Program-made: the position numbers and the translations under genes
The notes under the pieces: model-generated
Databases searched by the model: none
Told to the model about the DNA's origin: nothing
The model's input: the letters and a program-made list of their open reading frames with translations, nothing else
Part shown: positions 10,600 to 24,291 of the stretch, piece after piece
Layout: every line of letters begins with the position of its first letter
Position numbering within the stretch: position 1 is the first letter of the stretch
Assembly: GCF_006345805.1 (NCBI RefSeq)
Contig: NC_043008.1
Span: 45,322,001-45,386,000, forward strand
Length of the DNA: 64,000 bases
Source of the DNA: Octopus sinensis
Taxonomy: Eukaryota
Reading direction: 5' to 3'

Positions 10600-12863
10600 C
10601 GAAAGGAAGAGATATAAAGTTAATGAAATAGTTATGACAATTTCAATATACCTACGTCACAAGAATTACTGAGCAGATTTATTATGAGAGAAATATCAGG
10701 AAATTAGTCTCTAGAAGCTCCCATTTGCGGTCTCTTACAAGATTCAATACATATTAATTTCGAACTATTATAAGCGTATCTACATGCATTGTTCAAGCAG
10801 TAGTAATAATAGTTGTAGTTTTACTTTCACGGGAGCAGCTGGTGCTGTTTCTTACAACATTCTTAGCAGGCCATTCTTTCCACTGGGTAAATATTTTCAC
10901 TGCTGAAAACAACGGATCTCTGCCCACTTTGTAAGGGCACAATATGGCAGTTAAAGTGCAAACATTAAGAAGTAGACAATTTAGTGAAAAGAACTAGACA
11001 ATCTAGTGTTATGGATCATTCTGAATATCTGGTAAAAAACAAAAACTATTCCTAACAAACAGAGACTCTTTAGAAGTATTATTTCAATCACTACTTTCGT
11101 AAAGGAGGACGCATGTAAGTTTCTGAACACCGCTGCAGGGTTAAACAAGAACTCATTAGTGATACCAAAAAGCTCTTTAGCATGGCTGTACATGTTTCAG
11201 ACGTCGAACAAACATTTTCATTGACGAGTCGAACATGGACATGAAATATAATCTTACCGACCTCCTTGAAGCTACATGGCACTGTGAGAAACAGTATGAT
11301 AGGGATGAGCAGAGACAAGTAACTTCGACAAATTATGATTATGGAAAATATAAAGGTTTCTAGCAATTGAGACATTGCACGAAAGTTTTAACAAATTGTT
11401 CACCCAACGAGGGGTTCACACTGGCTATAAAAGTGACCACTGAAATAATATACTGACCAGAATGTTAGTTCTACCACCTTCTGTGGAAATATGAAAGAGA
11501 AAGTAAAATGGGAGGGAAGAAGATGAAAGGAAAATTAGGAAGGGGAAATAAAGGAAGAAGAAGCGAGACGAGGGAGAAGTAGATGAAAAAGTGGAAGAGC
11601 GAAATACCTTGTACTTCGAGAATTTTTTTCATTAAACAAGAGGCAGTTACATACTCGTTCAATTTGCTGAAAATAGCAGCTAAATTTATTTTAAAAAAGC
11701 CACCAACCTCTTACGTAAAGGCTATATTCAAGGTTATATTAAACTATATTGTTCTTGATATGGAAATGGCACGACTGTCAAAAGCAGAACGCCTTTCATT
11801 ACAAGTTTTCTACTATAACCGATCTAGTCTTACACGACATCATGTAAGTTTACTTGTAGCCAACGAGTGGAGGTTTCTGCGTGATTTGCATGATTTGCTT
11901 TATAAAACAACCAAATTGCCTGAAATTACACTCCGCCATCTTAAATGTGGAGCTCTTACATTTTGATTTAGAACCCTGTTGATTGAATTGACCATATTAT
12001 TTGTATTTATGTTATTGACACTTGAAGATCAGAATATAATGCCGATAACAATGAGAATAAAAGTCATAATGCAAAAGTGATTAAAAGATAATCGCACGAG
12101 TTTTTATCGGGTGTCGTTGCATCTTCCATTTCTCACAGACAAATTATCACTTATTAGCAGCGAGGAGTAGAAGCAAATCCAAGTACTAGAATAATACTTT
12201 GTTTTTCAGCCTTTTGAGACCGATTTAACAAAGTTGACTTCAGAAGCTAAAGTGCAAATCCTAATTGAAACATTGATGATTCCTTACATAAGTAGAAAGG
12301 AAAATATTTTGGACAGGATATGCTGTAAATTAGCTTGTTTGCACACATATTACAGGTTCTCATTTTATCGAACTTGGAAAGATGAAACAAGCGAACATAA
12401 ATGAAATTCAAACTCATAGTGCAATGGAACTTAAGTAAATCCCTAAAGTACTATAATGTGCTGATCTACCGATTTTATCAATTCCTGCGCATTAATAATG
12501 ATAAAAATGGTTTCTAACCTTGTATAAATGTTCATGTTTTGGAGCACTAAAACATAAGAGTGGGAGAGAGAGAGAGAAAAAAAAAGAGAAAAACAGAAAG
12601 AGGAAGAGCGAGAGAGATAGAGAGAGCGAGAAAGAGAGAGAGAGAGCATAATATTTGATAAAAAGTTATTCCTGTACTGGAATGGCAATATATTTACCTA
12701 GGAAAGAGAAAACGATAAAGTATATTTTATCAGGATACAAACTCAAATATACGCTACAACAGCAAATTACATTGCAATAAGTCTTTGATTTATAAAATAA
12801 TTTTACCTTATAAGATACAGGGTCAAAATTATCACTTTACTTGTTAATATTAAATATCTTCAA

Positions 12864-13330
12864 GGCGGCGAGCTGTCAGAATCGTTAACAACACGGCCTA
12901 AATGCTTAGTGGCATTTTGTCCGTCTTTACTTTCTGAGTTCAAAACCCGCCCAGGTCGACTTTGTCATTCACCCTTTCGGGATCGATAAAATAAGTACCA
13001 GTGGGTCAATGTAAGAGACTTATTCCCCGACAGAAAGTGGTGGCCTTGTGCCAAAATTTGAGACCAATACTAAATATTTTTAGGGTGGCAAGTTGACAGA
13101 ATCGTAAGCATGCCGGGGGGAAATGCTTAGCAGCAATTCGTCTGCATTTACGTTCTGAATTAAAATTCCAGCGAGGTTCCCTTTGCCTTTCATTGTTTCG
13201 GTGCCGATAAAACAATTACCACTGAACACTGGGACCAATTTAATCGACTTACTTCGTTCCTCGATATTGTTGGCCTTGTGCCAAAATTTGAAATCAATAT
13301 TAGATATCTGCAGGGCGGTGAGCTAGAAAA
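12864..13330 (+). mobile_element. Tandem SINE S1 array (two full units + truncated third head)
   Basis: Heads at 12864, 13083 and 13313. Both full units end GGCCTTGTGCCAAAATTTGA. Confidence 0.8.
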
Positions 13331-16300
13331 TATCAACTGACCTAGTCGATTATCGATACCTTAACCTGAATAGCTTAATCAGCTCACTATATTTCATCGC
13401 GATACCCAATACTATCAATTGGTTAAATGTCATATTGTATAAAATGAGGTTCAAGTTTATATTGATTGAATAATTTATTCTTTAAAAATCTACTCATATA
13501 TTTATGTAGCAATTTTCCCATTACTTCTTCAGTCAGTAAAGTGAAGGCCATGTTTCACCGAGCAAGTTATAAAAAGAGAAAAATATATGTGGATAAGTCT
13601 CCTGTGATTGCTGAAATTATTACAATAATAGTTAATGGCTGTTTTCTTTTCTCAATTCATAATTATTTCCAGTTAGCTTTCTGATGTTCCCTGCATTCAA
13701 TATGCTGGCATTAACTTTGTGTTTTATGTAGATGGTGCTTTTGAATAACTTCAAAAATTGCCAATGTTTTAATTTTATTTCTCATAGCTTGACACATATC
13801 TTATTGAGACATTAATTATAATGTGTTACTGCATAAGAATTCCTCACCGCATTTGAACATCCAGCAATGGAGACTCTACAGGTAACTCGAATTGCTAGAA
13901 ATACAGTAAAATCTACCTCAAATGACACCGTACTCTCTTGAAAAAGGCACATCAGATAATGTTGTCCTAAATAAATAAAGTCGTGAGAATGGTGTCTATA
14001 GTTATTGATCATAGATCTGCGTGATCAGGGAAGATCAAGAACTAAACAACGTCAGCAAAACAGCGGCAACAGCAGTAAAAGGCTGCAAATTTACAAATAA
14101 TTATTATGTTCCTTCTTCTACACAGAAAACTGATCTTGCTAACTTGCAGTCTATAATCAATTATCACATTTTACAATCGTTTATGGCTTTGTTTAATCAC
14201 CAAATCTGTCTCGAACGATATGAAATGTATTCTAATTGTGAGTCTTATTTTTTTATTTAGACAGAGTAGGATTATGAGTCAATTTCTTTAAAAGACACGA
14301 AAATGTTATTTAAGGGGCTTAGGTTTGTTATTTCCCACCAGTTGTGTCACCTAATATATTATTAGTGGTAAACGTTGTAGCATAGATGATATTATTCTTG
14401 TTAAAAATCTGGTTTAACTTCATTTGCCAATGTTACAATTTATCTACAGAATATATAACTCTAAGAAGCAGAAAATTTATTTCCTCATCACCATAAATCA
14501 ATAAAAATTGATAATTTCTTATCTCTACAACTCATTCCATTGTACCAGTGTCTTACTGGTAGTAATATGAATCACTGCACAGCATACTTAACTGCTAAAT
14601 GTAATCTACGTCTAAGGCAAATTACCTCTCACCTTTACTTCTTCTCTGTTTAAAATGAGGCCTGTATAGTTTGATATTCGAGTCTATTAAATACATACAG
14701 CTTTCCTATGTATTACATGAGAAGATCGATGATATTGTAATGTCATTTATCGATCATGAACATGTTGAAAATATTTCCATTTCATTTAAAACAACCCAAT
14801 TACAAATTAACAAAAGCAGACAATAATTCTTGAACCACAGACATGTAAAACAAAGATCAATCAGTTCATATTGAACTTCGTGGTCGTCAAATATATAAAT
14901 TAATATTAGATGAATATTAGTTATGTTAGTTTTTGCGATATAATTTACAGCTATTTCCTCCTTTGCCTGCTAGCTTTCTTTTACCTCTTTATATGAAATT
15001 TCATTTTTATTCAAGGTTGAACTAATCAGTATGGACCAAAGATAATTTTACTGCCCTTTTCCCTTTTCCTAATTAATTTAGATTGTTATAGGGTTAATAG
15101 TAATGGTGATATTATGCAATCTGTTCAGATATATTTACACTTAAATTTCCTTTATTACACATATATAAATTTAAGTAAAACATCACATCATGATTTTGAC
15201 TAGTAGGAATTAATGTGCAACACTTAGTATCTCTGCTTATATTTATTTTCGTAGTAATGTTGCCATATATCGTGAAAGATACGAACTGATGAATAAGTAG
15301 CAGAACACATTAAATAAGCACTTATTTTGTTGTGATGAAAATAGAAATCAATCGCACCAGGAATTACATGATTACAAAAGGTGTCCACACTAGAATGATT
15401 AGTCAAATATTAGCTGAAGAGCTTTGATACATTTTTATGACGTCCAGCATTGATATTGCTTACATATCAATTAAAAGCACGTTTCTTGAATGCTACAAAA
15501 ATAAAGTTATCTCTTTTATGCCTTAAACTTATTTGGAAAAAAAATAGAATATCTGGTAGTGAAGCAAGAAATTAATCAAAACGTGAGAGTACATGGAAAA
15601 TATTTGTTGTACGCAGAAACTAAATTTAGTTGAAATAGAATTTCAGAGTGTACTATGAAGAGGGCTTAAAATGAAATATATTGTTATAACCTTTGTAACT
15701 AAAATGAACAGAGGACTGAGATTAAGTCAGTGAGCGAGTTTGCTTATCATTCTATTTTTACTTTATACAATGATGTTAACTGGAAGAATATTTATTAAGA
15801 AGCGAGTGCTTAATATGATTTATTGGCACCGAAATGGAACAGGTTCCTAAGATATTATATTGACATATTGAATAAGACCAGAAGATGAAAATGTGCTGGT
15901 ATTATGCAGAGCTTTAGTGTTTGCTATCATATATTATGTTGGGATATTATACTTGAACTGGGAAGAATTAATTTCTTAATTAAATACCTCATACTCGATA
16001 GTAAAAGAGTGGTGATTGTATGTAGAATATTTGAATATATAGAGTTATATAAATTTATTAAAATTACGTATATGTCCGAATGAAAAATGAAATGCATCAA
16101 AAAGTGAGAAAAACCCCCAAAGAAACATGTAAAATTATAATGCTTAAATCATATATTTTCTTCACATGTTTTGCTAGTTCACAGAAAGCAATTAAATTTG
16201 TGTTTTCTATTGAATACATACTACGCATCTCGCATGAGATTGACTAAAATTGAACTCAATGCAGAGTTAATCGTAATATGTTATATACAGTGTCTTCTAT

Positions 16301-17329
16301 TCAAGAGATATTCATAATATCTGATTATAGATAGTCTCATAACATGAAACGGTTGAGAAAAAATCTCTTACGGAAGAAGAGTTTAGCCTATTGCTGGCAA
16401 AGATCACAGAAAGTATTTCCCAACAATTATCTGCACAGTAAACAGATATGAACGTTAAAAACAGTGATTTTGAGCTCTTCACTAAATACATTAAACTGTC
16501 AAATAATTCACTTCTAATGTGATGTACAGAAAAGTAATCAAAAATCACCTTGATCGGTAAATCGAATTTATTATCATTGCCAATTGTACTCCAGTTGCAT
16601 AACCGTTGTAGTCGTTCACCTATATCTAGATCACAGATCCAATGCATTTACCAAATTTATTTTAATTGATTATTTTATATTAATTAACGACTAAAATTAA
16701 CTTCTCTTAACACATAAAGCGCGTCGGGCTAGGATCGTGGCCGTCAGGAACAGGTCGACAGGCCACGATGCTGGCCCAGATAGATGCATTTAATTTATGG
16801 GCGTTTGTTGGAGTCTAATGTCACTCAAACGCTCTGATACCCCTCCAGAATGCAAGAGGACTAATAGTTCAACTCATGACTTTCCAGAAGATGTAAAACG
16901 TGCCACCATTATTTAATAAGAATATATTTGAATTGTTTCTTTGTTTTCTATGTGTGCACGGTAGTCTCTTTTTTATAAATGTTCTCAGCAGTCGATGCTG
17001 TGCAAGTGCAAATTCCAGCGCTATGTAGGTTAAGCCTACAAAATGTCTTGTGTGATTTAGTTGTTTTAATAGAGTCGTAATATTCGTGAGACGATCACTT
17101 TTAATTTTAAATTAATTAAATGGAATCTGAAAAACATTGAACTAGAAGTACCACTTTAAACAACTGACCTCGTAACATTCAACAGTCACGAATAAGTACT
17201 CTAATAATGATCCTATCACTGACATAGATTTTCATATGCACTTTCTTATGAATAATATTTAAATTCTGAAGACTTCGATGCAAGTGAGTCAATATATCTT
17301 TGATTCAGGGTCTATTTGTTCATTTACAT

Positions 17330-17525
17330 GAGATGAAGCGACAAGTGTTAATGGTGTAAGGAAATATTACAAATGGGAATTACTGCTCGGGTTCTTTTAT
17401 GACTGTGTCAACATTCCACCAACACTGAAAGTAAGGTCTTCTCTTTCCCTATCCGGAAAGTGGCATTGGCACATTTATCAAGACCAAATTCCATCTCAAT
17501 GTTAATACTGAATGCTTTCACAGTA
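17330..17525 (-). mobile_element. R4/Dong-like RT fragment
   Basis: Minus-strand LCTVKAFSINIEMEFGLDKCANATFRIGK. Confidence 0.7.
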
Positions 17526-17589
17526 CATAGTTGTCCTTCAAGTTCATAATGAAGAAGAAGAACTTAACAGAACAGAGTATATAAAATTG

Positions 17590-17662
17590 GCGACATGAAA
17601 ATAAGTCATCTATTATATATGGATGACATAAAACTCTATGGAAAAGACGATAATGAACTACA
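17590..17662 (+). mobile_element. R4/Dong-like RT fragment (catalytic motif)
   Basis: KISHLLYMDDIKLYGKDDNELH. Confidence 0.75.
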
Positions 17663-18045
17663 CATCATGTCTACCGTCTGATAAGAGTACACAAGGTACA
17701 TGCACCACAACCATGTGTGCAACATGATAATGACCTTGTATCAAGATAAGCACTGTATGACCTAGCATTTTCTTCGGGTTCAGTAGCCCATCTCGCTCAA
17801 AAGGTCCCTGAATGAGGGTTGTTTAAGGTTGGTGAACAAAACAACTATGTTTCCAGTGGTGAATTATTCAAACTCTTAAGAATTTCTTTTAACATAGGGC
17901 TATGATGCTCCCCAGTACTTCTGCTCGTGACAAGAGATGTACATGTCACTATGGAACATGCTCAACCGGTTAAGGTGAAGCAAATCAGTGGTATTGAGCA
18001 AAATATTTGCTGCAGTCTATATTTTATACCAAGACAAACAACAGT
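17663..18045. mobile_element. Interspersed repeat, inverted copy of 3975-4510 family
   Basis: Reverse-complement homology (e.g. CTTCTGCTCGTGA, TATTGAGCA.AATATTTGCTG, TTTATACCAAGACAAAACAA). Confidence 0.7.
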
Positions 18046-19301
18046 GTCCGTTCAAAAAAGCGACGTGTTTCGTTGTAGGAACATAGGATACATTAGATCG
18101 CACTAGAGAACTAAGATGTCAAAAGATTGGACCAAACTAGAGAAAATAAATAGTTTGTCATCAGAGCAAAAAGTTTGTACAACAAACAGAAAATTCATCA
18201 AGGTGAGAATCGAAACTACTAATGTCAAAATGCAATTAGACACGGGTAGTGACATCATTATCATAAATGAAGAAATATGGCGACAAATCGGTAAGCCGAA
18301 ATCATTTAAATCAAATAAATTAGCATATGGCGTTACAGGAAACAAATTATACTTCATCGGCGAATGTATTTGCAATGTAACTTTACAAGGTGAAATGGAA
18401 AGGTCAATAATTTATGTGTTGAAAACAACCTATTTGACACAGAATGCATGGAGTTATTTAAAATGTGGGATAACCCCATTAGTGTACTCTGTGAAAATGT
18501 AGTTGTTTTGCAAGGATCAAGTTGTTGTACTAAAAGAAAAGCGAGCATCGCGGTAAAAGAAAAGCAACACCTGTTTTTAGACCCAAACGGTTCAGCGAAA
18601 TGTTCACGGTAGAACATATAACGATAGAGCCCTATTCCCCCAAATCGAATGGACACGCTGAGCGTTTTGTGGATACTTTTAAAAAGAGCTTTGAGAAAAG
18701 AAAAATAAGAAAGCCACAGACGAAGTCGCTCTGCAACAATTCCTAAGCATATACAGGGTGACACCGAACTTCAGTACACCAGCAGGAAGCTTATCAGCTG
18801 AAATGATCTTCGCAAGGAAGGTGAAATTAGTTTTTGATAAACTGTTACCTGGTGAACAAAGAAAAAGTACCAGGAAAGACAATCCAAAATTTTTCAGAAT
18901 TGGTGATAAGGTGTACATGAGGTCTCATAAAAACGTAGAACAATATTTGGAAGAAGGAAAAATTACAAAGTCCATAGGAAAGATGCGAAATTAAAAGCGA
19001 AAAGGTATTGAAAAATGACACAGAAACCAATTGAAGAAGAGATTCATTGAGAGTGGACCAGACAGATTGGAAAAACTCATGGAATGGTTGTATGACACAT
19101 TCCAGGTGCCAACACCATTACAGGTGGTGGAACCCACGTGTACAAGTGGAAGGAATAGGCAGAAAACAGAGTTCTTACAAATAGGCGCCAAAAAGAAAAG
19201 AAAATATTAAGTTGGAAAAAAGCGCTGAAAAGAGAAGATGGGTGAATACGGCAAAATAAAATTACTTGCTTCCGAAAGAAAAAACAAATTACAAGGGGAG
19301 A
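18046..19301 (+). mobile_element. Gypsy/Ty3 LTR retrotransposon internal remnant: gag knuckle, aspartic protease, integrase C-terminal half; RT/RNase H deleted
   Basis: CPFKKATCFRCRNIGYIRSH* (knuckle), MQLDTGSDI (protease), PYSPKSNGHAERFVDTFKK...YRVTPN...SAEMIFAR (integrase), then polypurine tract AAGGGGAGA. Confidence 0.85.
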
Positions 19302-19569
19302 TGTTGTAGAGAAAATTGTACTTCTTCCCACATGACAAGTCAGGCAGTCAGCCGTTGTAGGAGGTCAATAGTAGTAGAGTCGTTGTACGAGTTTTCCGTT
19401 TGAGTCAGTGTCATTTATGTGATATATACGAGTTTGAGTTACTGTCAAGGTAGACGCTTCAATGTCGATGTCTTACGATAGCACGATAAACGAGTCAAAG
19501 GTAATAAGATGCGGAATACCACCAGAACTTAATAGTGGTGCCAAGAATAATATTGTGCCGACGATAACA
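19302..19569 (+). mobile_element. 3' LTR of the Gypsy remnant
   Basis: Starts TGTTGT directly after the PPT and ends near ...ATAACA. Homologous to 20862-21158. Confidence 0.65.
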
Positions 19570-19599
19570 TACAAGAGGACGAGGATTCACATTATAACA

Positions 19600-20490
19600 C
19601 AAATACAGAAAGTCCAAGAATTACATTAGTGGAATCAAGCACAGAAAAAGCTAAACGTTATGAAAACTCTTGGTAAAAATGCTGCCTTAGATATTCTCAT
19701 TGATAATTGGCAAGAGAACCCTCTCAATAGCAAATACCCAATTAGACCTAATAATGCTGATGTTCACAAAGCCCTTACTCATCAATGGTTAGCGTCATCT
19801 GGCTTAAAATCAAAGAGAGAAGGATTCACCATAGCAGCGTAGGATCAATGTCAACCTACAAGAACCTACCAGGCCAACATCTTAGGCTACCATGTTAGGC
19901 TACCAGAGCGCCAGTAGCCTAACATGTCATGTTTGTAAACAACCGGCTGAAACCATCAATCATGTTGTCTCCATATGCAGCCTTCTTGCGCCAACAGAGT
20001 ATCTCAAAAGGCATGATGGATCGGCACAATATATTCACTGGGTAATTTGCAAAGATCTGGCCCTGCTTCGTAACAAGAACTGGTGGGAACTCAAAGTACC
20101 TCCAGTACTTGAAAATACACAGATATCACTCCTTTGGAACTTCACCGTTCAAGCTGATAGAAAGATAGATGAAAATGTATCAAACATTATATTGAAGGAT
20201 TCAGACAAAAATCATGTTTCCTCATCGATATGACTGTCCTAATCGACATAAATGTATCTGTCAAGGCCTAACACAAACTGAGCAAATATGAAGACCTTGA
20301 AATAGAAAATGGCAAAATGTAGAACTTCAAGACTAAAACAATACCTGGGTGCTCATAGGTGCTCTAGGAATGATAGCAAAAGGGGCTGATTGTTACCTAT
20401 ATAAGATACCAGGAAATCCTAAAACGGAAGAAATTAAAAAAATATTGTTCATGAGAACTGATCATATCTTACGGAAAATATTATCTATGT
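19600..20490 (+). mobile_element. R4/Dong-like retrotransposon 3' fragment (second family), degenerate
   Basis: WQENPLNSKYP...HQWLASSGLKSKREGFTIAA*DQ, CHVCKQPAETINHVVSIC...EYLKRHD, LLWNFTVQADRKI. Confidence 0.85.
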
Positions 20491-20679
20491 AATCCCAAAA
20501 GCATTTTAATGAGTAAACATTATCAAAACTACTTTTGAAACAAACTTTTAAAATTTTCTTATGTTGTCACAAACATTCTCTAGAACAATACTCTGGGCGA
20601 AACTGAAAATATGGCACTCTAATCATAATACCAACTTGAACTGGCTTGTTGTCTCTTGAGGTCTCTGGCTGAGACATGG

Positions 20680-20850
20680 AGTGAACTTGCACAAGTACAA
20701 CGCAAAAGTCAAACATATAATAATAAGAAGAAGTATAATATTTTGTGAGACTGACGACAGAGTAATAGAAGCCAGAAAACCTGATTTAGTAGTAGTGGAT
20801 AGATAGAATAGAAAGTGCCAGATAGTTGACTCTAGTTCCAAATGAGGAAA
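20680..20850 (+). mobile_element. Restriction-like endonuclease fragment of an R4/Dong-like element
   Basis: ...TDDRVIEARKPDLVVVDR*NRKCQIVD (PD motif). Confidence 0.65.
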
Positions 20851-20861
20851 AACTCAATATA

Positions 20862-21158
20862 AGTTTTGTCCGCGTGAATTGTTTATTTTCTCTTGAAAGA
20901 AGTTTTCTTTTTCTCAACGTTGTCTGCGTCGCTGCTATTATGTTGTGGCAGTATTCCGCATCTTATTAACTGTGACTCGTCTATCACGCCATCACTGATA
21001 GCTCCGTAAGACGACTTCGAAACGATTACCTTGACGGTAACTCGAACTCTCCAACTGAGAACTCTTACAACGACTCTATTACTACTGACTTCCTATAGCG
21101 ACAAACTGTCAGACTGACTGTCTGACACGTGGGAAGGAGTGTACCATTTTCACTACAA
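20862..21158 (-). mobile_element. Solo LTR related to 19302-19569
   Basis: The reverse complement shares TTGTAG.GAAAAT.GTAC..CTTCCCAC.TG, AGAGTCGTTGTA, GAGTTAC.GTCAAGGTA and AATAAGATGCGGAATAC. Confidence 0.7.
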
Positions 21159-21639
21159 TTGGAACTCAGATAATTCCTTGCCTGTTTTGTTATTGGGTAT
21201 GCGGTTTTCTTTTCATGCTTTAAGACAAGTTTTAGCATCCAGTCATCCGAATTTTTTAGAAAGGTGTTTAGACCAACGATGGCAGTCTTTAGAGTAAATT
21301 CAAGATGTAAGCGTCAACGACTCTTGGCAAGTAAAATCGTTCTCTATCTATTCTATTCTATTCGTTGTCAATAACTTTCGAGTTTTTCTATCAGGCTTAC
21401 AAATTTCAGTAGTTGGCCAGTTAACCATATTGAAACTGTAAGTCACGACCGGTATCGGTAAAGTATTAATCGCTTCGTTCCTCCTTCTTATGTTCAGTTC
21501 TGTCTTACCTTGCAGTGGTTTCTCTCCGGATCTTTTCTCTCATCATTCAATGTTTAATTTCGTCCCTTTAAAATACCCCCAATTATTTGTAATTCTACTC
21601 TAGTTCTTACTCTTTTATAAACATTCTGTTGGTCGAGTT

Positions 21640-24100
21640 TAGCGTTGGATATTTCTGTCATTTTTCCCTTTGATAAAAGTAGCTTTTGCGTATTTATCTA
21701 GGCAAAAAATTACATCTCGATGTCATCACTAAACTGTTTTACAATTGCTAGTAAGCCCTGAAGTTGCTGGTCATTTTTTGTAAATCGCTTTAAATCTTCC
21801 ATGTGAAAGAGATGGTTTATAGTTTTATCAAAAATTTTATAGCCACATTGTACTTCATCGAGCAATTCGGAAAGAGGTACTGACGTTGGATAAAAGAGGA
21901 GTGGTGATAGAGAGTCACCTTGAAAAATGCCATATGAAATTTTACATCCCCAGCATTGAAATATTCATTCTCACTATTCAAAGGCAGTGTTGTTGTCCAT
22001 GATTTCATTCTTACAGATAAGAAGTTTCGCAAAGTAGGTGCTATTTTATAAACTTCGAAACATTTCTCAGTCCAGCTGTGTAGCAGATTATCAAAAGCTT
22101 TTTTATAGTCTATCTAAACCAGGTTATTGATAAGTTGTGTTATGATGATCTTCCAAAATCATCTAATTGATGAGAAGTTGACCTTTGCAAGCATAGGATC
22201 CACGGCTTATTAGAGAAGATGCCACGTTCTTTTAAGAAGTTATGAGTGTATTCGGTTAAGACAGATGTTAATATTTTATACGTGATTGTTAAGCAGGTTA
22301 TGAGTCTATAGATTTTTGGTTCATTAGTTTCTTCGTCTTTCAGAAGTAGAAATGTAACATTAACTAGCCAAAAGGGCATCATATTAGGTTGCTGCACAAC
22401 AATGTTGTAAAGTAATATCATGATTTTGTGAAAAAACATTCAACCAAAGGTTAAGAATTTTATTCTTTCCTGGCGACTTCTAGTTGCTTGATTTTCTGAG
22501 AACAGATCTTACCTACTCTATATTGATACTCTCCCACTTTTACTCTTCTAAGAAGTCTGAATCAGTAGATATTCAAATAATCGGAGGCTGAATCAGTAGA
22601 TATTTTATCAATCCGAGGAACCTTTTTATTGAACGGTTTTTCTTCTACCCAAATTTGACTCCAAAATCCCTGCACTTCTTATTTTGATGGGACAGACGTT
22701 ACTGTAATTGATATTTTACCTATCTTCCTGCAAGATGTTTTGGATTATTTGTAAACATGTTGTTGTCCTTGAAGAACCTAGCACACTTTTCATACCATGC
22801 TATGCATTTAGCATATACCTTTTGCTTGATAGTTTTTCATTGTGGTATCCATGTCGCATTTTTGTTGGTTTAATATTCTTGTCAGACTCACAGGTTTTTA
22901 AACATTTTATGTCAGACATAAGTAATTGAATTTGTTGTTGGATCCGCTTTTGCCAAATAGGATTTTGGGGGAATATTTTCGTTTTCTAATCTTTTCACCA
23001 CATAGAACGGTTTGGAACTTAGTATAATAAAAGTGATTGAAGAAATTATATCTTTAAGTGTAAGACGGATTTTACCAATTTCTTTCAGGTTTCGGTTAAG
23101 GTTGTGAATTTTTGGGAGAATGTTACGTTCATCCATACTATTTTCCTTAATTTTCAGCCATTCGATCCGGATTTGATTTGTCTTGGATCATCTATTTCAG
23201 TTGGGTCAATTTCTGTGTGACTTTCTCCATCAATTTATTTTCATCTTTCATATTTATGGATGGTTAAAAAAGTATTTCACTTTGCTTATCAGTTACATGG
23301 ACTCTTTCTATCATTACTGCATTTTCATCAGGCCTGCGTTGGTCTGAAATTCTTTCTTCAGTAGTTTCTTTAGCTGCATCTTCCATCCCTTTATCCCTTA
23401 CTGATTGCTTAATCTGGTCAACCTCTAATTCAGCTAGTAATTTCTTTTTTGTATAATGTTTATTCCGATTTTGGCAAGTTTGTTACTGTCTATGTAGAAT
23501 CATATTTAAAGATGTTTCTCTCTCCAATTCTGAAAAGCTTGTTCAGTATTGGATTTATTTATGGGGAAATACATGGCACGATAAAAGACCTTAAGAATTT
23601 CTTAATTACCTTCATTGGGCTATCTTTCATTCCTTTTCCTTTGATTATTTGATGATGAGCGAAGTATGGATAGCCATCTGTTAGAATATTCCGGTTATGG
23701 GGGTACTTCCATTTCCTTTGTTTCGAGAAGATTTGAACCAGTAGCTGATTTTTCGCACTCAGCTTTGTTCCTCTCTGGGGTGCAGGGCCCTTGTTGATAC
23801 AGGTGATAACAGATCCGGTGTGAATTTTGGTTTGCTCTCATTGAAACATGAAGACATTGGACGTTGACATAAGGGGAGAGATCTGTCAGGTTAGAGCTAA
23901 TCTTTTCAGAAAACACCATCTCCAAATTCTTTGAATGAAACCGTTACTCGTAACGAAATTTCATGAGGCTCACAGACGGATATTTGCTTCTAATTTTTTA
24001 TTGATAGATTTATCTCTCGGCATAGTTGCTTCGTAGTATCTTAAACTTGGGTATCATTCGTTCTTTCTGTGTTAGTTCGAGGCATATTGTTTTGTTATTG
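21640..24100 (-). mobile_element. R4/Dong-like retrotransposon, 5' region and RT, heavily degenerate
   Basis: N-terminal QRKRNER...EILKVFYRAM...DSNKLAK, RT motifs PFWLVNVTFLLLKDEETNEPKIYRLITCLTITYKILTS, and LDKYAKATFIKGK. Confidence 0.8.
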
Positions 24101-24291
24101 TTTTGCTTCGTTTGTGACTTATACTTTCATGTGTGTGTAGTGTAAAATCGACATAGTTGTGTAAATATTGGTGTGTAAGTGTAATCCTATTGATATTAAA
24201 ATGAATACGTGGTTGCATAGACATTCGAATGTATGCGTAATTGATCAATTTACGTACTCACTGTTTTGTTCCACTTATATTTTATAGATTG

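Noticed and set aside
10981-11375. Hydrophobic minus-strand ORFs (possible receptor); plus-strand VEQTFSL..RTWT resembling a hAT dimerisation motif
   Set aside because: No convincing receptor motifs, all frames are interrupted, and the hAT resemblance rests on a few residues.
11583-11966. 127-aa ORF with nearby octamer (ATTTGCAT) and YY1-like (CCGCCATCTT) motifs
   Set aside because: No recognisable domain. Short motifs are expected by chance in 64 kb and no gene context supports a promoter.
16312-16647. 111-aa non-repetitive minus-strand ORF
   Set aside because: No recognisable family or clear splice boundaries. Cannot be supported as a CDS without a search.
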